From an uncultured Maribacter sp. (lineage in GTDB: Bacteria > Bacteroidota > Bacteroidia > Flavobacteriales > Flavobacteriaceae), in the NCBI GenBank assembly GCA_965367705.1, contig CBDUKC010000001.1, forward strand, positions 1 through 49,126: a DNA stretch of 49,126 bases. The letters are read 5' to 3'. Shown here piece by piece: positions 37,011 through 45,814 of this stretch. How positions within the stretch are numbered: position 1 is the first letter of the stretch; every line of letters begins with the position of its first letter. Under the pieces are notes generated by a model that was given only the letters and a program-made list of their open reading frames with translations, had not been told where the DNA came from and made no database searches. The position numbers and the translations under genes were made by a program.

Positions 37011-38726
37011 CTAAAGTTGGTATTTGGATATAACCTGCCATTGATTACCATCGTAAACGATAGTTATCGCTTCGCCATCTAATAATTCAAAAGTTTTCTT
37101 GTTATTTATTGTAGTTGAGTTTGACCGTATTTCTAGAGCATTGGAACTTGTTCCTGTATTTTTAATAACCAACTCTCTGCTAATTTCCTCTTCAGTGGTA
37201 TTGATTGTTACAAAACGCTTTCCTTCGTCGGTATTTACTAACACGTTGCGTATTTTTTTATTAGTTTCTACATTGGAAGAAGTTATAGTAGTGCCAAATT
37301 TAACGCCTGCCATTTGTGTAATACCCTGTTGTGCGGATATGTGGTTTCCCACCTTTGGATTGGTAAAGAAATCATAGGAACTTCCATTTCCAAAACCCTG
37401 CATACTTGGTTTTCCGTTAAACGTTCCTATCCCTACCTTGCCAGAGTTAAGGTTTCCAAAAACACCTTGGTAGCTTTCCATATAGTGCCTGTTGTTTGTT
37501 TTACCACTTTCCGATCCAAGCCCCAAAGTTTGGCGACCATATCCCCGGCCTATTTTCATCTCTGGATCAAGAATCAAGTTCGTTTTTGCCTCAACAATCT
37601 CAAAATCATTTTTAACACCACTAAACTTAGAGTTTATAATTTCAGCATTAATCACATTTTTACCAACGCGAATCCCTGTTAGAATTCTATTGTTCGCCCG
37701 TATAAAACTTTCTTTAAAAATAAAATTTGTCGTGTTCTCAACATCTACAGCAATTTGCCCTTCGGATGCGCTAAAGCCTCCTGTGATAAACGGGGCATAG
37801 AAAGCGATAAGGTCATTGTCAAAATCACCACTTAAATCACTGGTAATTCGTATTTGAGATTTTCCGTTATTTCTTCCGTTTCCTTCAAAAAAGGTAGAAT
37901 AAGAAGAAAAATTGGTTAAATCTTCCAACAATAATCCTTCATTGCGGCAGCCTTGGATTACGCCGCCAAATAGTTTTAATCCAGTAGAGGAGTTCGTATT
38001 GCTTTTGGTGAATTTTGCCCCTACGGTACAATTCTCGATTTTAAAGTTCTTAAAATCGGTGTTTGTAGCGTTGTAACCTATAATACCGTAACGAGAGGCA
38101 TTATATATAAAAAACGAATCAAAACTTGTGGTGTAACAATTTTCTAGTTGAATACCAATTCCGCCACCTTCTATAATAATGTTTGATATACCACTATTCC
38201 TATTTACTTGGTTTAAGTTCAAGGCAATGGAACTAGGGTGGTATTGTCTAATAAATAAGTCCTTGATTTTTAAGTCAAACTTTTCTTCTGGGGAACTAAA
38301 ATCCAAAAAGGCTTCATCGCCGTGATAATCCAAGTAGGTTTTACCGACACCATCACCGTAGATTTCAACACCTATGCTAGAGAATATACCTTTTTCAAAC
38401 CTCCAATTACCAGAGGGAACGTATACTTTACCTACATAAATATCCCATTTGTTATCCGACCGCAACTCTGTGCTTGTTAATATAGCGGCATCAATTGCTG
38501 CTTGGAGCGCAGCTGAATTATCCTTGTTGTCAATGGATGCGCCAAAATCTTCAATATTGAAGATAGTAGGACGAATTAAATCTTTGAATTCTTGAGAAGT
38601 CTCGTTAATCTTATCTCTTTGATTATTACTTAACCCTTGGTTGACGCTATCAGTTCCAGAATATATATAGAAGAAAGCCCCGAGGATAAGAATCAGTAAT
38701 AGGATTAAAAGGTATTGTTTTTTCAT
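37011..38726 (-). CDS. Membrane-anchored right-handed beta-helix protein (pectate lyase 3/tailspike-like)
   Basis: ATG 38726 MKKQYLLILLLILILGAFF anchor; FNIEDFGA..DNSAALQAAID..VYVPSG.W cap motif; Asn/Ile-rich beta-helix repeats; -7 box TATATTTG at 38745-38752 (minus strand). Confidence 0.78.
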   Translation of the reverse strand: MKKQYLLILLLILILGAFFYIYSGTDSVNQGLSNNQRDKINETSQEFKDLIRPTIFNIEDFGASIDNKDNSAALQAAIDAAILTSTELRSDNKWDIYVGKVYVPSGNWRFEKGIFSSIGVEIYGDGVGKTYLDYHGDEAFLDFSSPEEKFDLKIKDLFIRQYHPSSIALNLNQVNRNSGISNIIIEGGGIGIQLENCYTTSFDSFFIYNASRYGIIGYNATNTDFKNFKIENCTVGAKFTKSNTNSSTGLKLFGGVIQGCRNEGLLLEDLTNFSSYSTFFEGNGRNNGKSQIRITSDLSGDFDNDLIAFYAPFITGGFSASEGQIAVDVENTTNFIFKESFIRANNRILTGIRVGKNVINAEIINSKFSGVKNDFEIVEAKTNLILDPEMKIGRGYGRQTLGLGSESGKTNNRHYMESYQGVFGNLNSGKVGIGTFNGKPSMQGFGNGSSYDFFTNPKVGNHISAQQGITQMAGVKFGTTITSSNVETNKKIRNVLVNTDEGKRFVTINTTEEEISRELVIKNTGTSSNALEIRSNSTTINNKKTFELLDGEAITIVYDGNQWQVISKYQL

Positions 38727-38950
38727 ATTATAAATTCTAAAAAGCAAATATATAAAGACAAAGATTCTAAAAGGAAGCTATCTTTGAATATGTGTACTAA
38801 TAAACCGCTTCTATTTAATTGAAATCAAAGTTTAAGCAATGTTTAACCACTATTGATTACTTTTGAATTTCAAAAAATAAAATCCTTAAACATTTATAAA
38901 CACACTGCTTTCCATAATTATCAACCACCTTTACATGCCCCAAGTATTAA

Positions 38951-41299
38951 ATGAAGTATAGAAAAGACATTGATGGTCTGCGGGCTATTGCCGTTCTACT
39001 CGTAGTATTTTGTCATTTAAATATTGATGGATTTACTGGCGGATTCCTAGGAGTTGATATCTTTTTCGTTATTTCTGGTTTTCTGATTACATTTAATATC
39101 ACGGAAAAACTAACTAAGAACAGTTTTTCGTTTAAAGGTTTTTATCTAAATAGGATAAAAAGAATAGCACCGGTTCTTGTTGTCATTCTATTGGTCTTAA
39201 CGATTTTCAACATATTTGTGCTGCTTCCTGATGCGCTAAAGAATTATTTTGATTTTCTCCCTTATGCTGTTATTGGTCTTGGAAATTATGCAGCTGCTAA
39301 TCTTGGACATGGTTATTTCGATGCTTCAGTGGAAAGATATCAGTTGTTGCATACTTGGTCTTTAGGAGTTGAAGAACAATTTTATTTGTTGGTCCCGATT
39401 CTATTTTTTCTTATTTGGAAAATTAAAAGTATAAAATCAAGGAAAATACTGATTACAATTATCTGGATTTTATCTATTGTCATTAGCATCTATTTTGTAG
39501 AATTTACTTCAGAAGCTAAGCTTAATTATTATTTATTACACACTCGGTTTTTTGAAATCTTTACGGGTTCAATGTTAGCAGTTTTTTACAAGGATATGCC
39601 TAAACTATCCTCTAAATTAGTGATAAACGCATGTTATATTATTGCGATTGCAGCAATTTTTTACCTGTCTTTTCAGTATGGGGATAATAGCTCTTGGCCT
39701 GGCATCAACGCTTTAATTGTTTCATTGGTAACAGTGTTCCTTTTATATTTGGGTAAAGAGGGGCATATATTTTCAAAAGTTGGTGCTATTTTAAGACTAG
39801 ATGGACTTAGATTTCTAGGTAAAATATCATATAGTTTATACTTATGGCATTGGATAATTATTGCCACATTAGTAGAGTTGGGATATAACATGGACAAATT
39901 CTCCCTATTTGACAAAATATCCCTTTTGGGCATAATTATTATACCGTTATCCTACTTGAGTTGGAGGTATATTGAAAATATATTCAGATATCGTTTTGTT
40001 CTCAAATTTGGCCCATCATTCGTTATTTGGGTAGTACTTCCATTAACATGTTCAGTCATGTTGTTAAAAGCCCAGGAGTTAAACCCCTCGTTTTTCTACA
40101 GTGAAGAGCAAATAGATAATACGTCATATAAGTTCAGTTTTGAAAACAGCCCCCATTTAAGGATCAGGAAAAACCTTCATTCTAAAGATTTAAGAAAAAA
40201 ATATAAGGGTTCTGAGTATTTTGTTGGGGATTACAGTTCAAGATTGAAAAATTTGGGTGTTAACGAATTGGATATTAAATCTGCAGAAGTGCTTGTTTTG
40301 ACGAATTCACATTTTCATGCATTTAAGAAGTTTATAGATACCCAGTTAAAAAATGAAAATCTAGTTGGCCATGTTTTACATGAAAGTAATCCAAAAATAT
40401 ATGGCCATTCAGGAGCTGAGAAGTTTTATAGGATGCTACTAAAGGATAAGAAATTTTTAGTACTATGGGTAAGACCTAAAATGATGAAACTGGGAGATTC
40501 CGAGATAGATTGGCATTTTTGGATGGTAGAAGAAGCATTGAAATTAGGAGTACAACCTATTGTATACATAACGGGAATAGAAATGGAAGCTGAACAGGAA
40601 GCCCGTAAATATATTTACCAGGAAAAACTCTTCAATAATAAGGCCCAGGAAGTTGGCAATAAAAGCAAACTGTACTCTAATATTACGGACTTATCTTATA
40701 ATCAAAAATTATTCGACAAGTTTGGAACCAAAGTAAGATGGGTTGATTTTAAACCTCTAATGTGTGATTACCTTACTTGCCAACTATGGTCTAAGAATCA
40801 GTTTGCGTTGTTTGACAAACATCATATTACAAGAGGAGTTGGAGCGAAATTAGGGGAAGAATACACGATTATAAATGGCAATGTTTTTTCTAAAGAATGG
40901 TATCAACCTCCTATCTCAATAAACGGAGATATGTTTAGTGCCTCCAATGATAATCAGAGCATAAGGAAAGGCAATATTTCGATTAATGAGAAGGGCTACG
41001 ATTTGGAATATAATCTTAAAACCAATAGAATTTTAATAAGTAAAGAGTTTGATTCTTTACTTGACCCTGATAGTATGTACTTTTTTCATGTTTTCCCAGA
41101 GGAGATTAATGATCTTCCCGAAAATCGACAAGCACATGGTTTTGAAAATTTAGATGTTAAGGGTAACAAGCTTACTTTGTTCAGGAATGGTAAGGTTATA
41201 TTTTACGGTAAAAACACCATTCCTACTTATAAAATCAAATATATTAAAGTGGGGCATTTTAAACCAAAAGGCAAGAAATATTTTGAAACCACATTGTAA
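38951..41299 (+). CDS. OafA-like acyltransferase-3 with SGNH-like domain and C-terminal extension
   Basis: DIDGLRAIAV..H, GFLGVDIFFVISGFLIT, HTWSLGVEEQFY, GKISYSLYLWHW, YIEN; periplasmic TNSH..C..C..DKHH. Confidence 0.9.
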   Translation: MKYRKDIDGLRAIAVLLVVFCHLNIDGFTGGFLGVDIFFVISGFLITFNITEKLTKNSFSFKGFYLNRIKRIAPVLVVILLVLTIFNIFVLLPDALKNYFDFLPYAVIGLGNYAAANLGHGYFDASVERYQLLHTWSLGVEEQFYLLVPILFFLIWKIKSIKSRKILITIIWILSIVISIYFVEFTSEAKLNYYLLHTRFFEIFTGSMLAVFYKDMPKLSSKLVINACYIIAIAAIFYLSFQYGDNSSWPGINALIVSLVTVFLLYLGKEGHIFSKVGAILRLDGLRFLGKISYSLYLWHWIIIATLVELGYNMDKFSLFDKISLLGIIIIPLSYLSWRYIENIFRYRFVLKFGPSFVIWVVLPLTCSVMLLKAQELNPSFFYSEEQIDNTSYKFSFENSPHLRIRKNLHSKDLRKKYKGSEYFVGDYSSRLKNLGVNELDIKSAEVLVLTNSHFHAFKKFIDTQLKNENLVGHVLHESNPKIYGHSGAEKFYRMLLKDKKFLVLWVRPKMMKLGDSEIDWHFWMVEEALKLGVQPIVYITGIEMEAEQEARKYIYQEKLFNNKAQEVGNKSKLYSNITDLSYNQKLFDKFGTKVRWVDFKPLMCDYLTCQLWSKNQFALFDKHHITRGVGAKLGEEYTIINGNVFSKEWYQPPISINGDMFSASNDNQSIRKGNISINEKGYDLEYNLKTNRILISKEFDSLLDPDSMYFFHVFPEEINDLPENRQAHGFENLDVKGNKLTLFRNGKVIFYGKNTIPTYKIKYIKVGHFKPKGKKYFETTL

Positions 41300-41337
41300 A
41301 AGGTAGATACGCTTAACTCAAAATGTATATTTAGGTC

Positions 41338-42660
41338 ATGTCCAATAATAGTTATACGTCTAAACGAGTATTTAGAAAAGCCTTATTCAATATTGGCTTT
41401 CAGATAGTGCCTATAGCTGCTGCCCTTATTCTTACGCCCTATTTAATAGAAACTATGGGAAAGGATTCTTGGGCAAAATATTCAATTGGAGTAAGTCTCG
41501 TATTTTTATCCAATTACTTCTCTTTTGGAATTGGCCCTACTTTAAACAGAAGGGTTTCCGAAATAATTGGATTAAAGCAGAACCATAGAATTAAGGAAGA
41601 ATTAAAGGAGTGTGTTTCCTTTTCTTATCTCTTGGGGACTGTCTTTTTTATCATCCTTCAAATCGTATTGTACGTGGCTTACAGGTCGCAAAGTTTTAGT
41701 GTTCTGCAAAGTGCTTTGGATTATACTTTTTTCTTCATTATACTGAGTGTGTTCTTAATGGCTTTTATTCTTATTCCTTATAGATCGTTGTTAGAGTCTT
41801 TCAGCGACTTTTACTTTTTGGCTATTGCTAGGGCAGTAACTGCAGCGATGTTGTTCTTGATTCCCTTTGTCTATATATACTTTTCTAAAATTTCACTCAG
41901 CGGTATTGCCACGTCACTTTTCATCGTGTACATACTGCTTTGTTTTCTATATTTTTTTAGAATAAAGAGGTATCAAAAAAAACTTTCTTTTGACGTGTAT
42001 GGACCATTCAATTGGAACGTTATACAGCGAGTTTTTAAGTTTGAAATAGGCTTTCTGAAAGAAACGATTTGGTTTAGTATTTTCTTTTTAACATCAGCGT
42101 TCGTGCTCTTCTTTGATCGCTTCTATTACCCAATTTTTTTTGATACCAATATCATTTCAGATCAGGTGACCATGTTGGATTTGTTCAATAGGGTCGCTAT
42201 TATTACGGGCACTATTTCTTTGGTTTACTTTTCTGCGATTTCTGTCTGGTATCAAGAAAAAAATATCGTCAGAATAAAAAAGAGTTTAAGGTTACAGCTA
42301 ATCGGTGTAGGCGGGTTGTTTGTTTTTATTTTATTATTTTCAAATTTCTTTTTAGACGATATTTTAAAATGGTGGTTAAGAGCAAGTTTTTCAGACTTTA
42401 TATATGAAAATGCCTTTCACTTGCTTTTCGGAGCATTGATGATCAATTATACAATTCTTTTCATTCGACCATTACAAGCAATAGGAAAAATAAAAATAGT
42501 GAGTATTTGGTTATTAGGCACGACCTCCATTTACTTAATTATTGTACTTTTTTTAGGAGTATACAGAGCAATAGAATATCATTATGTTGCATTTGTTATA
42601 AAAGCTATGTTGGATATGATTATTCTTGTAACATTGTTAAGAAGAAATAAGATTTTATGA
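41338..42660 (+). CDS. wzx: Wzx-type flippase
   Basis: About 12 TM segments, LTPYLIETMG, FSFGIGP, FDRF; position in the glycan locus. Confidence 0.75.
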   Translation: MSNNSYTSKRVFRKALFNIGFQIVPIAAALILTPYLIETMGKDSWAKYSIGVSLVFLSNYFSFGIGPTLNRRVSEIIGLKQNHRIKEELKECVSFSYLLGTVFFIILQIVLYVAYRSQSFSVLQSALDYTFFFIILSVFLMAFILIPYRSLLESFSDFYFLAIARAVTAAMLFLIPFVYIYFSKISLSGIATSLFIVYILLCFLYFFRIKRYQKKLSFDVYGPFNWNVIQRVFKFEIGFLKETIWFSIFFLTSAFVLFFDRFYYPIFFDTNIISDQVTMLDLFNRVAIITGTISLVYFSAISVWYQEKNIVRIKKSLRLQLIGVGGLFVFILLFSNFFLDDILKWWLRASFSDFIYENAFHLLFGALMINYTILFIRPLQAIGKIKIVSIWLLGTTSIYLIIVLFLGVYRAIEYHYVAFVIKAMLDMIILVTLLRRNKIL

Positions 42661-43793
42661 TAGATAGGGTTTTAATATATGAGGTTCACTATTCTAATTT
42701 CAATAGGTATGTAATTCCCCTAGCGGAATATTTGGTTGGTAATGGAATTGCCAAACACGTTGTTATGGTTCATGATTCTTTTACAGCGCATGAAAAAATT
42801 AAAAGTGTGGCCGACGAGCGAATAGAACTTGCTGAGGTTAGTAAGGAATACATGGGGTTAAGCGCCAAAGACAACTCGAATACTATTTTTTTTAATTACA
42901 GTTATAGAATCACAGATTTATATTGGACCTACAGATCAAAAAAAATAGGGATTCGTACATACCAACTTCAACACGGTATGTACGCTGAGTTTTTGGAAAG
43001 AAGCTTCCTAGGTTATTTTTCTGCGATGAATAGAAAGCTAGTTTATTTGAAGTATATGTTTTCTTTCTTGTTTAAAGGAAAAGCAGCTATTTTCTTGTAT
43101 TTGCTTAATAAGGATTTTATGAAATCCTTTAAGATTAACGAGTATTTGGAGAGCAAAAAAAAGAACCAATTGGCAGAAGTACAGTCCGACCATCTATTTG
43201 TTTGGGGGAATTACTGGCAAGAGTGGTTTATTAAAAACCATTATTATAAAAGTACAGAAAGCTTTACGACCATAGGAAATCCTGATTATCACACCTTCAT
43301 TAAAAACAAGAAGGCAGAAAGAAACGAAAATCAGGTTTGTTATATTGCTCAGACTTTTGTGGAAGATGGTAGAATGGAAAAAGCGGATTACAAAGCTGTA
43401 ATAGATGAGCTAGCAGATGCTTTTAAAACGCGATTAGTCATAAAACTACACCCTAGATCCGATAAAACTATTTTTGAAAAAGTTCTTGAGAATGGTGGTG
43501 AAATAACCTATAATTTTCCAATATCGGGCTTTTATGTAGGCCACTATTCTTCTTTACTTGCATTAGCTGCAAACGAAAACAGTAAAGTATTTCTATTAGA
43601 AATTAACAACGAGGAAATTCCTGAATATTTTAAAAACTCTGCAGATGGGGTTTTTACAACGATGTCAACTTTGGTCTCCGCCTTAACGCAAAACAATACC
43701 TCGTCTGCTTCCAAAGAGATATCCTATTATTTTGAGAATAAAGAGCAACATCCTTTTGAAATAATCGCTGATAAGATTACTAGTCTAACTTAA
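42657..43793 (+). CDS. Putative CMP-sugar-dependent (sialyl/Kdo transferase-like) GT-B glycosyltransferase
   Basis: QHG, FVWG, IGNP, IKLHPR (HP motif), HYSSL; no GT2 or GT4 signature recognised. Confidence 0.6.
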   Translation: MIDRVLIYEVHYSNFNRYVIPLAEYLVGNGIAKHVVMVHDSFTAHEKIKSVADERIELAEVSKEYMGLSAKDNSNTIFFNYSYRITDLYWTYRSKKIGIRTYQLQHGMYAEFLERSFLGYFSAMNRKLVYLKYMFSFLFKGKAAIFLYLLNKDFMKSFKINEYLESKKKNQLAEVQSDHLFVWGNYWQEWFIKNHYYKSTESFTTIGNPDYHTFIKNKKAERNENQVCYIAQTFVEDGRMEKADYKAVIDELADAFKTRLVIKLHPRSDKTIFEKVLENGGEITYNFPISGFYVGHYSSLLALAANENSKVFLLEINNEEIPEYFKNSADGVFTTMSTLVSALTQNNTSSASKEISYYFENKEQHPFEIIADKITSLT

Positions 43794-43807
43794 AACCATA
43801 AGGTTTA

Positions 43808-44890
43808 ATGGAAATTTATAAACCAATACTACTTCAAGGCATTTCAATTTGCGCTTTATTGGTGTTCTTTATATTTTCTGTCCTTAAAAAATCATTTGTG
43901 CTAAAAGCAGTTGCTTTAGGCACATTACTTATTTTAATACTTGTTGTATTTATAAACAGAGACTATGGTGCAAATATTGATTTGCCGCTCTATATGGATT
44001 TTTATAAATATAATGTTGCCTTCGCTGACATATTCATCTCTAAGACCGCTTGGAAAGGAGATTTTTTGTTTTTTGGATTAATGCCTATATCCCACATTTT
44101 GGGCTTAGGGAAAGAGGACTACATTACATTTCAGTTAAGTCTAAGTATCACACTTACTTTCCTTGCTTATTTTTTATTTTTTAAAGACTCAAGGGCCCTA
44201 GTTTTTTTAGCATTATTTTTTATGCTTAACAGCTCTTCTTTTTATCTCATACAGGGTAATGTAATTAGGCAAGGACTCTCCTCCTCACTTTTGTTATTGG
44301 GAATTTGTGCTAATACGGGGGCTAAAACAAATCTTTTTAAGGCAATGGCCTTTTTTAGTCATAAGGGAAGTTTATTCTCTTTTTTATCAGTTTTTTTGAA
44401 TTACAGGAATAAGACGCGGATTTTAATTCTATCGCTAGCTCTCTTGATTGGATACTTTTCGATTTTTGTACACATCATTAATTTGTTCCCGCTACCTGAA
44501 TTTATTGCTACTAAGCTTGAGTTTTATTCATCGTTTGAAAGGGCTTCCTCAAATTCCTTGATAAAATTAGCACTATTGATTTGCTTTAATATATTGTTCT
44601 TGTTTTTTAGGAATATCAATGTAGCATATGAAAAAGCATACTCATTTTTCTTTGTTTTTTCCGTTGCTGCCTTATTGTTGTTTAGATTTGATGGTATGTT
44701 TTCGCGACTTGTACTTTATACCGATATTTTTATTCCGATACTCGCTGTAGGATGTATACAGCAGTTTACGCTTAAAAAGAACAAAGTGATTGCGACCTTG
44801 GTAATGATAGGCTTAAGTTTAGCGTACTCGATTTATGTATTCAATCACGAATCCATTGTTTTTAACATGGGAGCATATTTTTCAATCTAG
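43808..44890 (+). CDS. EpsG-family Wzy-like polymerase
   Basis: Multi-TM; D...Y, NVIRQGLS, FSHKGS, FSRL motifs typical of the EpsG family. Confidence 0.75.
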   Translation: MEIYKPILLQGISICALLVFFIFSVLKKSFVLKAVALGTLLILILVVFINRDYGANIDLPLYMDFYKYNVAFADIFISKTAWKGDFLFFGLMPISHILGLGKEDYITFQLSLSITLTFLAYFLFFKDSRALVFLALFFMLNSSSFYLIQGNVIRQGLSSSLLLLGICANTGAKTNLFKAMAFFSHKGSLFSFLSVFLNYRNKTRILILSLALLIGYFSIFVHIINLFPLPEFIATKLEFYSSFERASSNSLIKLALLICFNILFLFFRNINVAYEKAYSFFFVFSVAALLLFRFDGMFSRLVLYTDIFIPILAVGCIQQFTLKKNKVIATLVMIGLSLAYSIYVFNHESIVFNMGAYFSI

Positions 44891-44895
44891 GTTCT

Positions 44896-45783
44896 ATGAA
44901 ATTTAGGCTAAGTCCCGTTGTTTCTTTTCTGATTATCCTTTTGGTCCCGGGATGTGAAAGAACTTCTGATACCACGAATCAATTTATTACGGATTTTTTA
45001 AACCAGAAATCTGTTCAAGTGTACAAAAGTGAAATCCAAAGGACAAGAGTAAATTTTTTCCCTAAGTCCAAAACTTTGGTTTATAGTTTTTGGAAGAAGG
45101 AAATATTTAATAAAAATGGAGATTTATTCTTACACCTTTATTTAAAGAACTCGGCCCTTTTACCAGAATCCAGAAAGGAACATGGCTTCATTAACCTTTC
45201 CATCAAAAACGAAGATATACTAGTTATGGATTCTTTAAATTTTTATATGCTAAAGGACCTTAGCTCATACGGGGAATTAGATAGTTTTAGTACGGGACAA
45301 TACATTGGCACTAAGAGAACCTGGTATGCGAAGCACCAAATTAAATCAGCCCCGCAAAAAAACACCGAAATAGTAAAGAACAAGCTAAGTATACCTAATA
45401 ATGCCAAAGGGCAGATTGCCGTACCAGCTAATAAGATGTCATTTATAAACCATCTGGTGGTTACGGATGCCATTCCTATTTTTAACGAGAAAAATGCTTT
45501 GAATATATTTTTGAGCCAAGAGAGTCTTGAGATGTATCTTACGTTTAATCTAGAGGCCGAATTTTTCAAGTACAAATACAGTCTTAGTTTTTTTGAAGAA
45601 ATGGAAGGCGGTCATGCTTTAGATCAAATACCACTCTTTAACCAGAACACATTAAATTTAAACTTGGCAAACAATAAAGTGTCAGCAGTAAAAATTAAAG
45701 TTCCAAAGCAAGCCAAACGAATGGCATTATTACGTGAAGAATCTGGAAAGCCTACAGTGCTTTTTAGCACCTATATCGATTAG
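44896..45783 (+). CDS. Hypothetical lipoprotein
   Basis: MKFRLSPVVSFLIILLVPGC lipobox-like signal; contains a domain shared with the acyltransferase C-terminus. Confidence 0.65.
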   Translation: MKFRLSPVVSFLIILLVPGCERTSDTTNQFITDFLNQKSVQVYKSEIQRTRVNFFPKSKTLVYSFWKKEIFNKNGDLFLHLYLKNSALLPESRKEHGFINLSIKNEDILVMDSLNFYMLKDLSSYGELDSFSTGQYIGTKRTWYAKHQIKSAPQKNTEIVKNKLSIPNNAKGQIAVPANKMSFINHLVVTDAIPIFNEKNALNIFLSQESLEMYLTFNLEAEFFKYKYSLSFFEEMEGGHALDQIPLFNQNTLNLNLANNKVSAVKIKVPKQAKRMALLREESGKPTVLFSTYID

Positions 45784-45814
45784 TATTTGTTAATAATTTG
45801 CACAGAATTAGAAA

